From Microbacteriaceae bacterium UBA6152 (GTDB lineage Bacteria > Actinomycetota > Actinomycetes > Actinomycetales > Microbacteriaceae), in assembly GCA_002423075.1 (NCBI GenBank), contig DIUS01000101.1:1-47018 (forward strand): DNA of 47,018 nt. The letters are read 5' to 3'. A program made the position numbers and the translations under genes. Within the stretch, counting starts at the first letter, position 1. Every line of letters begins with the position of its first letter. Shown here piece after piece: positions 8,639 to 15,987 of this stretch. A model generated the notes under the pieces. It ran no database searches. It was not told the DNA's origin and worked only from the letters and a program-made list of their open reading frames with translations.

Positions 8639-9142
8639 ATGCGGGTCTACGCTGGCGCCGAGGAAGACGTCCTGCAGGTCGTCGCGCAGCTGAAAGAAGC
8701 TGACGACGGCCTGCAGGCCGCGATGATGGGCGACGCTCGAGAGCAACTCGGCGACACCTGGCGCCAGCTGCTCAACGAGCAGAGCACCGGCCCGCAAGAC
8801 CACGACACCATCGTCGCCGACTCCCGCGTCGTCGTCGGCTCTGACGGCTTCATTGTCTACGCCGCTCAGAGCGCGCAACCGCTCAGCGGCGGCCTCGTCC
8901 CCAGCGAGGACTGGCACGCCGTCGAGTTCGGTGCTCGCACTCGCCGCGTGAAGATCGGCGATCGCTCACCCGCCACCCGCCGCTTCTATCAGGCGAACCG
9001 GATGATCAACCGAGGTCTGCCGAACCGTCAGAAGTATGGCCGCGTCGGCCTCCAAGCCGCCTCACTCATGGGTCGGCAGCTTGTGCGCGTCTGGGTCACC
9101 GCTCTCGTCGAGCGATACAGGAAGGGGGTGAACGGTGACTAA
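8639..9142 (+). CDS. Phage structural protein, HK97 gp10-like (tentative)
   Basis: WHAVEFG motif, basic C-terminus; between major tail and tape measure genes. Confidence 0.55.
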   Translation: MRVYAGAEEDVLQVVAQLKEADDGLQAAMMGDAREQLGDTWRQLLNEQSTGPQDHDTIVADSRVVVGSDGFIVYAAQSAQPLSGGLVPSEDWHAVEFGARTRRVKIGDRSPATRRFYQANRMINRGLPNRQKYGRVGLQAASLMGRQLVRVWVTALVERYRKGVNGD

Positions 9143-10208
9143 AGGCATCGGCATCAACTTCTACGCCGACACGACCTCGGTCGAGGAAGGCAGCCGCACC
9201 GTACAGAGCGCCCTCAACGAGGTCAACGAGACCTCACGCACTACCGCACGCTCGCAAGAACGCGACTTCGAGAAGGTCGACCGTGCGGCACAGAACACCG
9301 CCAAGAACATCGACTTCATACCCGGCGTGTTCGTCGACTGGGAGACCGAGAGCGATAGCCGCACCAAGAGCATCAGCGAAGACCTCGAGGGCGTCGACAG
9401 CAGCGCGGGCGATCTGGCCGGTACGGTCAAGGGCAGCCTCACCGAAGCATTCCAAGAGTGGGACGGCACCGCCGAGGGCGCGGTCGCCTCAGTCGGCAAG
9501 GGACTCGAGGGGCTCGCCGCCTGGATTCCCGGCATCGGTGGTCTGATCGGCGCGGGCCTCGGCGTCGTCGTCACCGAGTGGGCGAAGACGTGGGGCGACA
9601 CCGCAAAAGCGAACGCCGAGAACGTCGCCGCGATGTTCGACGACATGATCGAGTCGGGCAATCGGTTCCTCTCCGAGGGTCACGTGCAGAACACGATCTC
9701 GCAGATCATCAACGACTCCGCCCGGCTTGAAGAGGTCAAGAAGCGAGCCGAGGATGCAGGAGTCGCCCTCGACACGATGCTTGCCGCCGAGGCAGGGTCC
9801 AAGAGTGCGCTCGAGGAAGTTCTCGGCCGAGTCAACGAGTCCGTGCAGAGCAACGTCGAGCTGCAGCGTGATGGCACGTTCGAGTCTCAGGAGCAGCTCG
9901 TCGCGGTCGAGAACCAGTTGATCAAGCTGCAGGAGGTTCAGAGCCACCTCGACGGCATCGTGAGCCGACAGGACGACAGCGCCGCCGCCGCGAACCTCTA
10001 CGACGCGGCAGTCGACGCCGCACGCGGCCACCTGGAAGAGCAGAAGGAAGCGATCCAGATACGCAACCGCCTACTCGCCGAAACCCCGGCAGTGGTCAAC
10101 ACGCGGCTCGACGTTGACGACTCAGAGCTCGAGCGCAAGCTGCGCGAAAACCGAACCATCCGCGTGAACCTCGAAGGGTTCACCCGCAACGGAATGAGAG
10201 TCGTATGA
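9135..10208 (+). CDS. Short tape measure protein (357 aa)
   Basis: Helical/coiled-coil Ala-Glu-rich sequence with a Gly-rich hydrophobic segment; position. Confidence 0.75.
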   Translation: MTKGIGINFYADTTSVEEGSRTVQSALNEVNETSRTTARSQERDFEKVDRAAQNTAKNIDFIPGVFVDWETESDSRTKSISEDLEGVDSSAGDLAGTVKGSLTEAFQEWDGTAEGAVASVGKGLEGLAAWIPGIGGLIGAGLGVVVTEWAKTWGDTAKANAENVAAMFDDMIESGNRFLSEGHVQNTISQIINDSARLEEVKKRAEDAGVALDTMLAAEAGSKSALEEVLGRVNESVQSNVELQRDGTFESQEQLVAVENQLIKLQEVQSHLDGIVSRQDDSAAAANLYDAAVDAARGHLEEQKEAIQIRNRLLAETPAVVNTRLDVDDSELERKLRENRTIRVNLEGFTRNGMRVV

Positions 10209-10582
10209 GCCGGATTCTTGTGCGCGACAACGTGACGATCTCTGACGGCGACACGACGACCAGCCCCGACCTCATCAGCCGCTACGCAGTCCGCCGCGTG
10301 TCCAGCAACATCTTCCACACGATCGTCGGCAGAGCGGCCCGCTGGCTCACCCTCGGCGTGTCACGTCTCAGGGCGGGAACGTTCGACGCGCTCTACTTCG
10401 ACCGCGACGAGGCCCACGCCGCCCTCGAAATGCACGCCGCCGCCGCGTGGTTCACCTACACCGATGCCGACCAGCCCGAACGCAACATGACCTACGCCGT
10501 CGAGGGTCAATGCGAGCTCGTGCACGACGCCAAGTTCAACCACTGGCGTCTCACGGTCGAGTTCGAGGAGATCGAACCGTGA
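10205..10582 (+). CDS. Minor tail protein (Dit-like)
   Basis: Directly after the tape measure gene; ends WRLTVEFEEI. Confidence 0.7.
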   Translation: MSRILVRDNVTISDGDTTTSPDLISRYAVRRVSSNIFHTIVGRAARWLTLGVSRLRAGTFDALYFDRDEAHAALEMHAAAAWFTYTDADQPERNMTYAVEGQCELVHDAKFNHWRLTVEFEEIEP

Positions 10583-11772
10583 TCGTCGACGAGCACGAGG
10601 TCCGCATCTACTCCGGCACCACTCCACTCAAACCCGCTGACGACATCGGCAGCATCACCGTCGACCGCGGATGGTCCCCCCACGTACAGGGGCGCATCTC
10701 AGTCCTCACGCCCTCAGCGAGCTCGCTCACCAGCGAAGGCTCGATCATCACGATTGAGCTCACACAGCGCTTCGGCGACTTCGCCCTCACACGAGACCTC
10801 ACTGCAGCCTACGCAGGCGATCTCACTTCAGACCTCACGAGTGTCTTCGCGAGCGGCACGACTGCCGACCTCACCGCGATCATGACGGCACAATCTTGGG
10901 TCTCGCCGCCCAGAGCAGGCAGCGGTCGCACCTTCCGCCTAATCGTCACCGGCCGCATCCGCACGCGCACGGTGCACACGCTCGAGGTCGAATCTGAAGA
11001 AGCTGTGCTCGACAGCCTCGTGTGGTACGACGTGGACGGCAGCCTCGAGGGCCTGCCTCTCAATTTCACCGCCAACACTGCACGCGGCTATCTCGATGCA
11101 ATCCTCACCGCGCACCAAACCGAAGGCGACCTCTATCCGACCTCCACAGGCGCCGGATGGACCCCAAACTTCGTCGATCGATCCAGCCCGACCCCGCTGT
11201 TCGAGTCAAGTCACGTCATCGAGGTCGGCGAGGCCACCTTCGCGACGATGAAACCGCTCCTGATCGGCACACGTCAGCGACTCTTCTGCCCTGGTGACGG
11301 CACGGCAATACTCACCGACTACCCCTACACCCTCTCCCCCTCCATCACCGTTATAGCTGGCGACAACCTCGTCGACTTCGAGGTCACCACCAGCGGACTG
11401 CCACTCAACATGCTCTACCGATTCCAAGGCAGCGAATCGAACCCCGCAGCGCGACCGATACACACGCCCTATGCGTTCCCCGAGCTCAACTATCCGCACG
11501 GCGGGCTGATCGAGATGCCCGTACCCGGCCCAGTGATTGGTGCTGGCCTCAGCAACTTCACGACCATCCAGGCAGAGCTCGCCGTCGCCCTGCGAAACCC
11601 AGTCGGTCTCGAAAGCTCACCCTTACGACTAGTGGCGGTCAACAACTACGACGCGATGCCGGGCAGCCCAATCAGCTACACCACAACGATCGGCGGCACG
11701 CCCATCAACGAGGTCGTAGATGCGGTCACCTGGCGGCTCGGCGGCCAGTTCGAGATGGACATCTGGATTTAG
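10579..11772 (+). CDS. Minor tail / baseplate hub protein
   Basis: GTGA overlap; 397 aa; position. Confidence 0.7.
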   Translation: MIVDEHEVRIYSGTTPLKPADDIGSITVDRGWSPHVQGRISVLTPSASSLTSEGSIITIELTQRFGDFALTRDLTAAYAGDLTSDLTSVFASGTTADLTAIMTAQSWVSPPRAGSGRTFRLIVTGRIRTRTVHTLEVESEEAVLDSLVWYDVDGSLEGLPLNFTANTARGYLDAILTAHQTEGDLYPTSTGAGWTPNFVDRSSPTPLFESSHVIEVGEATFATMKPLLIGTRQRLFCPGDGTAILTDYPYTLSPSITVIAGDNLVDFEVTTSGLPLNMLYRFQGSESNPAARPIHTPYAFPELNYPHGGLIEMPVPGPVIGAGLSNFTTIQAELAVALRNPVGLESSPLRLVAVNNYDAMPGSPISYTTTIGGTPINEVVDAVTWRLGGQFEMDIWI

Positions 11773-11783
11773 GGAGAAAACAC

Positions 11784-12227
11784 ATGACACTAGGCAGCCT
11801 CGACGCCAACGGCGTCGGCAGATACGTCGAAACCACCCCGATCGGCACCAAATGGTCGGACTACATGAACGAAGGACTAGAAAGCGTCTCCGACGCGATC
11901 GGCAACCTCGCGATCGCTGACACCGGCTGGATCAACCTCACCCTCATCAACGGGTGGAGTTCAGGCCAGCTGCCCCAGTATCGTCGCAAGAACGGTGTCG
12001 TCTACCTCAAAGGCCGCCCGACAGGGGGGTCGAGCACGACGATCGCGCAGCTACCGGTCGGCTTCCGGCCGGGCGGATCGGTGTCGATCTTCTCCGCCGT
12101 GATCGATGGCTCCTCTGCCGCGACGATCGTGCGCGTCGTCGTCCAGTCGGACGGGAGCATTGTCGCTGGCGCCACGTCACACTCTCCGAACATCTCGGGA
12201 TGCACTCCCTTCCCGGTCGGAGCGTGA
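11784..12227 (+). CDS. Minor tail / receptor-binding protein
   Basis: DTGWINLTLINGW..PQYRRKNGVVYLKG..LPVGFRP motif typical of siphovirus tail-fibre C-termini. Confidence 0.8.
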   Translation: MTLGSLDANGVGRYVETTPIGTKWSDYMNEGLESVSDAIGNLAIADTGWINLTLINGWSSGQLPQYRRKNGVVYLKGRPTGGSSTTIAQLPVGFRPGGSVSIFSAVIDGSSAATIVRVVVQSDGSIVAGATSHSPNISGCTPFPVGA

Positions 12228-12234
12228 CGAGCCC

Positions 12235-12687
12235 ATGACTGTCACACCGGGCGCGCTGAAACCCTCCGAGCTCACGAGCATCGGGCAGGGCATCGACGGC
12301 AAGACTGCCGAGTTGGCGAACGTGCCCGCGGCATGGTTCAAGAAGCTGCAGGCCGATCTCATCGCCTCGTTCGGGTTCGCCGCCCAGTTCCGCCGCGCTG
12401 GCGCCTACCGCACCCGCGCCGAGCAGCAGCAGATCAACCCCGGGCAGACCGTCTCCGACCACCTCGCCGGCCGAGCGATCGACATTCGCAACTGGGCGAC
12501 GTTCGCCGAGCGCAACTCGACCACCTTCTACCGGCTGCTCGCCTCGAACGGATGGCGCAACATCCAAGTCGACGGGCGCCCGTTTCGTTCGGAGCCGTGG
12601 CACTGGGTCAACGTCAAGACCGACCCACCAGCAGCAGCGTCGAGCATCACCGAGATCGAGAGAAAGAAACGCACATGGCATGGATGA
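12235..12687 (+). CDS. Endolysin catalytic domain, M15 (VanY-like) zinc peptidase
   Basis: YRT..EQ, SDH..GRAIDI, EPWHW. Confidence 0.85.
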   Translation: MTVTPGALKPSELTSIGQGIDGKTAELANVPAAWFKKLQADLIASFGFAAQFRRAGAYRTRAEQQQINPGQTVSDHLAGRAIDIRNWATFAERNSTTFYRLLASNGWRNIQVDGRPFRSEPWHWVNVKTDPPAAASSITEIERKKRTWHG

Positions 12688-13022
12688 AGTCCGACAACGG
12701 GCAATGGTATTTGACGGGAGAGTTCACGGTGCACCGCATCGGCCGCGACCGTGACGATGCGCGGCCGATCAGTGACATGCTGGGTTTCAACGCTGAGCAG
12801 GTGTCCCATGCATCTGTGCGGGCCGAGGTCACCCGCGTCGAGACCGCAAGAGCGCAGCTGGTGAAAGAGATCGCAGACGCGATCCTCCCCGCGATCGCAG
12901 CAGGGTCCACCGTGACGGCCGAGGTCGACGCCGACGCGATCGCCGACCGCGTGCGTGTCGCGCTCGGCCCCGACTTCGACGCCCTCGCCGAGGACATCAA
13001 CCGACCTCGGACCGTGAGCTAA
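12675..13022 (+). CDS. Probable endolysin C-terminal part or accessory lysis protein, in a different frame
   Basis: MAWMKSDNGQWY...VDADAIADRV; overlaps the end of the peptidase ORF. Confidence 0.6.
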   Translation: MAWMKSDNGQWYLTGEFTVHRIGRDRDDARPISDMLGFNAEQVSHASVRAEVTRVETARAQLVKEIADAILPAIAAGSTVTAEVDADAIADRVRVALGPDFDALAEDINRPRTVS

Positions 13023-13243
13023 TGAACGAGGCCATATTCCTCTCCATCACAGCCCCGCTGCTCCTCGCAGCGCTCGGATACATCGTCGCGCTCCTGGTGC
13101 GGCTCAACCGGCGCATAAGAGCCCTCGAGCGCCGCGACCGCCTCTCATGGCTCTACATCAGAGCTCTCGTCGACCACGCCTACAAGGCTGGCGCAACACC
13201 CATCCCACCCCCGCCCGAGGGGTGGGACGACCTACTCGATTAG
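13022..13243 (+). CDS. Lysis-cassette membrane protein
   Basis: N-terminal TM, coiled segment, PIPPPPEG end. Confidence 0.75.
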   Translation: MNEAIFLSITAPLLLAALGYIVALLVRLNRRIRALERRDRLSWLYIRALVDHAYKAGATPIPPPPEGWDDLLD

Positions 13244-13256
13244 AGGAGACAACCCC

Positions 13257-13472
13257 ATGAACGACAATCCCCAGCCGCAGCACGCCGCCGCTCCCGAGTG
13301 GTTCAGCCCTCGAGTGCGAGCCTGGCTCTACGGCATCATCGCCGCCGTCGCGCCCCTGCTCGTCCTGCTCGGCGCCGTGACAGACGACGTCGCACAGTAC
13401 GCGCTCAACATCGCAGCCGCCGTGCTCCTCATCGGCGGCAACGCAATGGCGATCCGACACGTCCCCCGCTAG
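13257..13472 (+). CDS. Holin
   Basis: GAGGAG RBS; two TMs; PRVRAWLYGI motif. Confidence 0.8.
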   Translation: MNDNPQPQHAAAPEWFSPRVRAWLYGIIAAVAPLLVLLGAVTDDVAQYALNIAAAVLLIGGNAMAIRHVPR

Positions 13473-14281
13473 TCGGCGACCGCGACGACCGTGCGGCGCA
13501 GGTTCTCCGACTGCGTCTGCACGTACCGTCGAGTCGTCGCGGGACTCGCATGGCCGAGCAGCTCCTGCACGACGAAAACGTCACGGTCGACCTGGTAGGC
13601 GAGGGTCGCGAACCTGTGGCGCAGCGTGTGCAGTGTGAAATCGCCTGGCATCAGCTGCGCGGCGATCTTGCCGACCCATCGCGGCGACAGATGGCCGCCG
13701 AAGTTGCCCGGGAACGCATAGCCGGGCGGCAGGTTGCGCAGCACCCGGGCGAGACCGTCAGGCAACGGCACGACTCGCTCACGGTCACCCTTCCCGTGCA
13801 CGACGAGGGACCAGCCGACGAGGTCCTCGACGAGGTCGCTCGAGTGGATGCTCGCGATCTCGGTGCGGCGCAGGCCGACCTCGGCGGCGAGGCGCAGAAT
13901 CAGGCGAGCGCGCACGTCGCCGGATGCGACCGCCTGACGGTAGACCGCCTCAGGTGCTGGCCGTGCACGGCCGATCTTCGCCTTGACCTTCGGCAGCATC
14001 AGCGCCGGATTCTCGACCGTGCGGTCTGTGGCGACTGCCCACCGCCAGAACGACAGGAACGTCGAGCGGCGCCCGCGCCTGGTCTCGACGGCCCACGTCT
14101 GCGCGGCCGCGTACTCCACCAGCTGCGCGCCCGACACCTGCCAGGGGTCGGCTGGGATGCGCCGCGCGAGATGCTCAAGATGCTGGCACCGCGTGTAGCG
14201 GGTCGTGGAGGGAGCGCCCGCCGCGGTCTGCTGGGCTAGGTATTCGTCGATCGCGGCACGCCATGCGGCAGAAATCGTCAT
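13469..14281 (-). CDS. int: Tyrosine integrase (compact, no N-terminal arm-binding domain)
   Basis: GLRRTEI, HGKG, HTLRHRFAT, LLGH, TRRY catalytic motifs; 270 aa. Confidence 0.95.
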   Translation of the reverse strand: MTISAAWRAAIDEYLAQQTAAGAPSTTRYTRCQHLEHLARRIPADPWQVSGAQLVEYAAAQTWAVETRRGRRSTFLSFWRWAVATDRTVENPALMLPKVKAKIGRARPAPEAVYRQAVASGDVRARLILRLAAEVGLRRTEIASIHSSDLVEDLVGWSLVVHGKGDRERVVPLPDGLARVLRNLPPGYAFPGNFGGHLSPRWVGKIAAQLMPGDFTLHTLRHRFATLAYQVDRDVFVVQELLGHASPATTRRYVQTQSENLRRTVVAVAD

Positions 14282-14348
14282 GTTTCATACCTATCGGCTA
14301 CGCCCGCCATCGGCCTTCCCCCACAGCGCGGGCTAGTCACTCTCGGCC

Positions 14349-14483
14349 CTAGGTGGTAGTGCCTGAATCGGGAGAACTAGGTGCATAGCTATAGCAGTTC
14401 ACGCAGGTTCCACCGTCGCCGCTGTAGTCGTGGGCCTCGAACCGCAACCCGCCTTCCTCGAAGTCCCACAGGCACCCGCTCAT
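14349..14483 (-). CDS. Mini-ORF, 44 aa (C..H..CxxC)
   Basis: MSGCLWDFEEGGLRFEAHDYSGDGGTCVNCYSYAPSSPDSGTTT; ATGA coupling, GGGGAGG RBS. Confidence 0.6.
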   Translation of the reverse strand: MSGCLWDFEEGGLRFEAHDYSGDGGTCVNCYSYAPSSPDSGTTT

Positions 14484-14593
14484 CGGTCACCCTCCCCGGA
14501 ATCAGGCCGCACAGCCGAACACGAACACAACGACCCCGGCCAGCCGTGAAAGTGCGTCGCCGGGCGCGGGATGGTGGCAGACGACCCGCTCAC
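14480..14593 (-). CDS. Mini-ORF, 37 aa
   Basis: MSGSSATIPRPATHFHGWPGSLCSCSAVRPDSGEGDR; GTGA coupling, GGGAG RBS. Confidence 0.5.
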   Translation of the reverse strand: MSGSSATIPRPATHFHGWPGSLCSCSAVRPDSGEGDR

Positions 14594-14748
14594 TGGTCGC
14601 TCCCCCGCGCAGGGGCGAGTGGCGGTCGCATGTCCTGATTGCGAAAAGTTACCTCGGTCGTTCCGCCTGAGTCCCAACGGGCGCTCACAATCTGCCCGCG
14701 CAGCACCAACCACGCCAACCACATTCTCGTGCTGAATCGTGTCTTCAC
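14590..14748 (-). CDS. Mini-ORF, 52 aa
   Basis: MKTRFSTRMWLAWLVLRGQIVSARWDSGGTTEVTFRNQDMRPPLAPARGSDQ; GTGA coupling, AGGGAG RBS. Confidence 0.6.
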   Translation of the reverse strand: MKTRFSTRMWLAWLVLRGQIVSARWDSGGTTEVTFRNQDMRPPLAPARGSDQ

Positions 14749-14951
14749 TGGTCGCTCCCTGAATCGGGCGAACTGCTGTTGAGGAGGCCCGCGGCGATCC
14801 GTCCTGCAAGTTCGCGCGCTCCAGAGTCTTTGGATGCCTCAGCGAGCAACAGTGAGGCGACGTACTCGGTTTGCTCACGGTCGAGCACCACCTCAAAGGT
14901 CTCGACCTCCAGCGGGTGGGCTGCCTGGATGCGTGTGTTCGTCATGGTCAT
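14745..14951 (-). CDS. Phage hypothetical protein, 68 aa
   Basis: ATGA coupling, AGGAG RBS; ends SSPDSGSDQ. Confidence 0.65.
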   Translation of the reverse strand: MTMTNTRIQAAHPLEVETFEVVLDREQTEYVASLLLAEASKDSGARELAGRIAAGLLNSSSPDSGSDQ

Positions 14952-15343
14952 GCTCCTGTCTCTGAAATCGGTGAACGAGGCACGAAGTCGCCCTCGGGTG
15001 TGACGAGCAGGTTGAGCTGCTCAAGGACCAAGAGGTCACGCGCGGCGGGCAGCTGCCCATGCGTGATGTCGTAGCGAAGATGGTTGAGGCGCAACCAGGC
15101 AGACATGCAGAGATCGATGGTGATGCTGTAGGGGTGGTGCATCTTCGGGTTTGCGCCGTGGTTCATCTCGTAGTGCAGGCGATGCGGCACGATCTCGCCG
15201 CAGCAATCGCACGTCATCGGCTGGTGGCTGTGGAGGTGCATCGCCTCGTTGTACGAGCCGAGCTCGTCAGGCACGCACAAGAAGCACTCGGCGGCCCACT
15301 GTGGTGTCTCGTCGGCGAGAACCGAGAAGTCGAGCATGGTCAC
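14948..15343 (-). CDS. Cys/His-rich phage protein, 131 aa
   Basis: CFLC, HxH, CDCC motifs; GTGA coupling. Confidence 0.7.
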   Translation of the reverse strand: MTMLDFSVLADETPQWAAECFLCVPDELGSYNEAMHLHSHQPMTCDCCGEIVPHRLHYEMNHGANPKMHHPYSITIDLCMSAWLRLNHLRYDITHGQLPAARDLLVLEQLNLLVTPEGDFVPRSPISETGA

Positions 15344-15630
15344 GCCGCGCCGCCTTGTTCGGGTCGCAGGGCGGCGCGGCGGAGTCGGTGGGCATCCAGT
15401 GAGGCCAGGATGCCTGAATCAGTGGCTTTACGGCCGAGCAGCGCGAACCCCGCATACACGAGCACGAGCGCGCCGAGACCGGCCGCGATCACATCGAACG
15501 GACCCGTATACGCGAGCTCATCGGGCGCGCTTGGCGAAGGTACAATGACGACGCCCTCACCGATCTCGGGATGCTCGGCGATGGGCGACTCGACGACCGG
15601 GCCGTCGAGATCGGGCTCGCGCTCAGACAT
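15340..15630 (-). CDS. Small membrane protein with LAxTG sortase-like signal
   Basis: DELAYTG + TM + GRK; GGGAG RBS. Confidence 0.7.
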   Translation of the reverse strand: MSEREPDLDGPVVESPIAEHPEIGEGVVIVPSPSAPDELAYTGPFDVIAAGLGALVLVYAGFALLGRKATDSGILASLDAHRLRRAALRPEQGGAA

Positions 15631-15713
15631 GAGCGAGCACTCCCGTCGTGCAGATGCCGCCGCGATAGAGAATCGCCCAGAAGTTGAGTTCTTCCTCCAG
15701 GTCGGCTACAGAA
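15623..15713 (-). other. Detached 3' part of the repressor gene (30 codons), rejoined on excision
   Basis: In frame with the repressor through the core: PTF-CSVADLEEELNFWAILYRGGICTTGVLAHV-stop(15623-15625). Confidence 0.8.
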
Positions 15714-15748
15714 CAGAAGGTTGGGAGTTCGAGTCTCTCCGGGCGCGC
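15714..15748 (+). repeat. attR core (displaced tRNA 3' portion, about 35 bp; last 25 bp identical to 1-25)
   Basis: CAGAAGGTTGGGAGTTCGAGTCTCTCCGGGCGCGC, followed by a terminator. Confidence 0.92.
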
Positions 15749-15752
15749 GTCC

Positions 15753-15781
15753 AGCCCCCTGCCCACGGGTGGGGGGCTTTT
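15753..15781 (+). terminator. Intrinsic terminator of the host tRNA gene
   Basis: AGCCCCCTGCCC..GGGTGGGGGGCT followed by a T run. Confidence 0.8.
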
Positions 15782-15987
15782 GCGTGCCCTGGATCGTCGA
15801 TGCGGCGCGAAGCTGGTTGTCTAGCATTTCTTCGGCCCCGACGGGCACCAGCATTGCCGAAGAGCCGAGCGCAGTGACGTAATGCGTACATGCGGCGGCG
15901 ATCACGCTTGCTCCCTCTCCGTGAAGCTGATTCAGTAAGACGCTTGCGTGCTGACGCGGGCGCCATCCTGACCCCACGGAGTACGTC

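Larger units (their letters stand above)
1..15748. mobile_element. Small temperate siphovirus prophage (about 15.7 kb) integrated in a tRNA gene
   Basis: Bounded by the identical 25-bp repeat GGAGTTCGAGTCTCTCCGGGCGCGC at 1-25 and 15724-15748; contains terminase, portal, capsid, tail, lysis, tyrosine integrase and repressor genes. Confidence 0.95.

Noticed and set aside
11784-12227. Diversity-generating retroelement target
   Set aside because: No reverse transcriptase and no TR/VR repeat pair seen
13469-14281. Canonical integron integrase (IntI)
   Set aside because: The segment between HGKG and HTLRH is compact, with no IntI-specific insertion; it is the only recombinase available for prophage integration
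14362-14372. CTGA..TC(A/G)G arms resemble the expected tRNA-Arg anticodon stem
   Set aside because: Spacer is 1 nt rather than 7 and the att core begins downstream of the loop; too weak to claim a shared Int site
14480-14896. 138-aa minus-strand ORF from the track
   Set aside because: Overlaps two better-supported coupled ORFs; only its last 37 codons have an RBS and a coupled start
14349-15423. CRISPR array
   Set aside because: Repeats are degenerate, irregularly spaced and embedded in ORFs; no cas genes in the window
1-15748. Phage satellite (PICI or cf-PICI) interpretation based on size
   Set aside because: The element encodes its own tail, tape measure, tail-tip and lysis genes
15882-15936. 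ATGCGTACA (operator half-site match) and GCTGATTCAGT (junction-like motif) beyond attR
   Set aside because: Short single matches outside the prophage; consistent with chance
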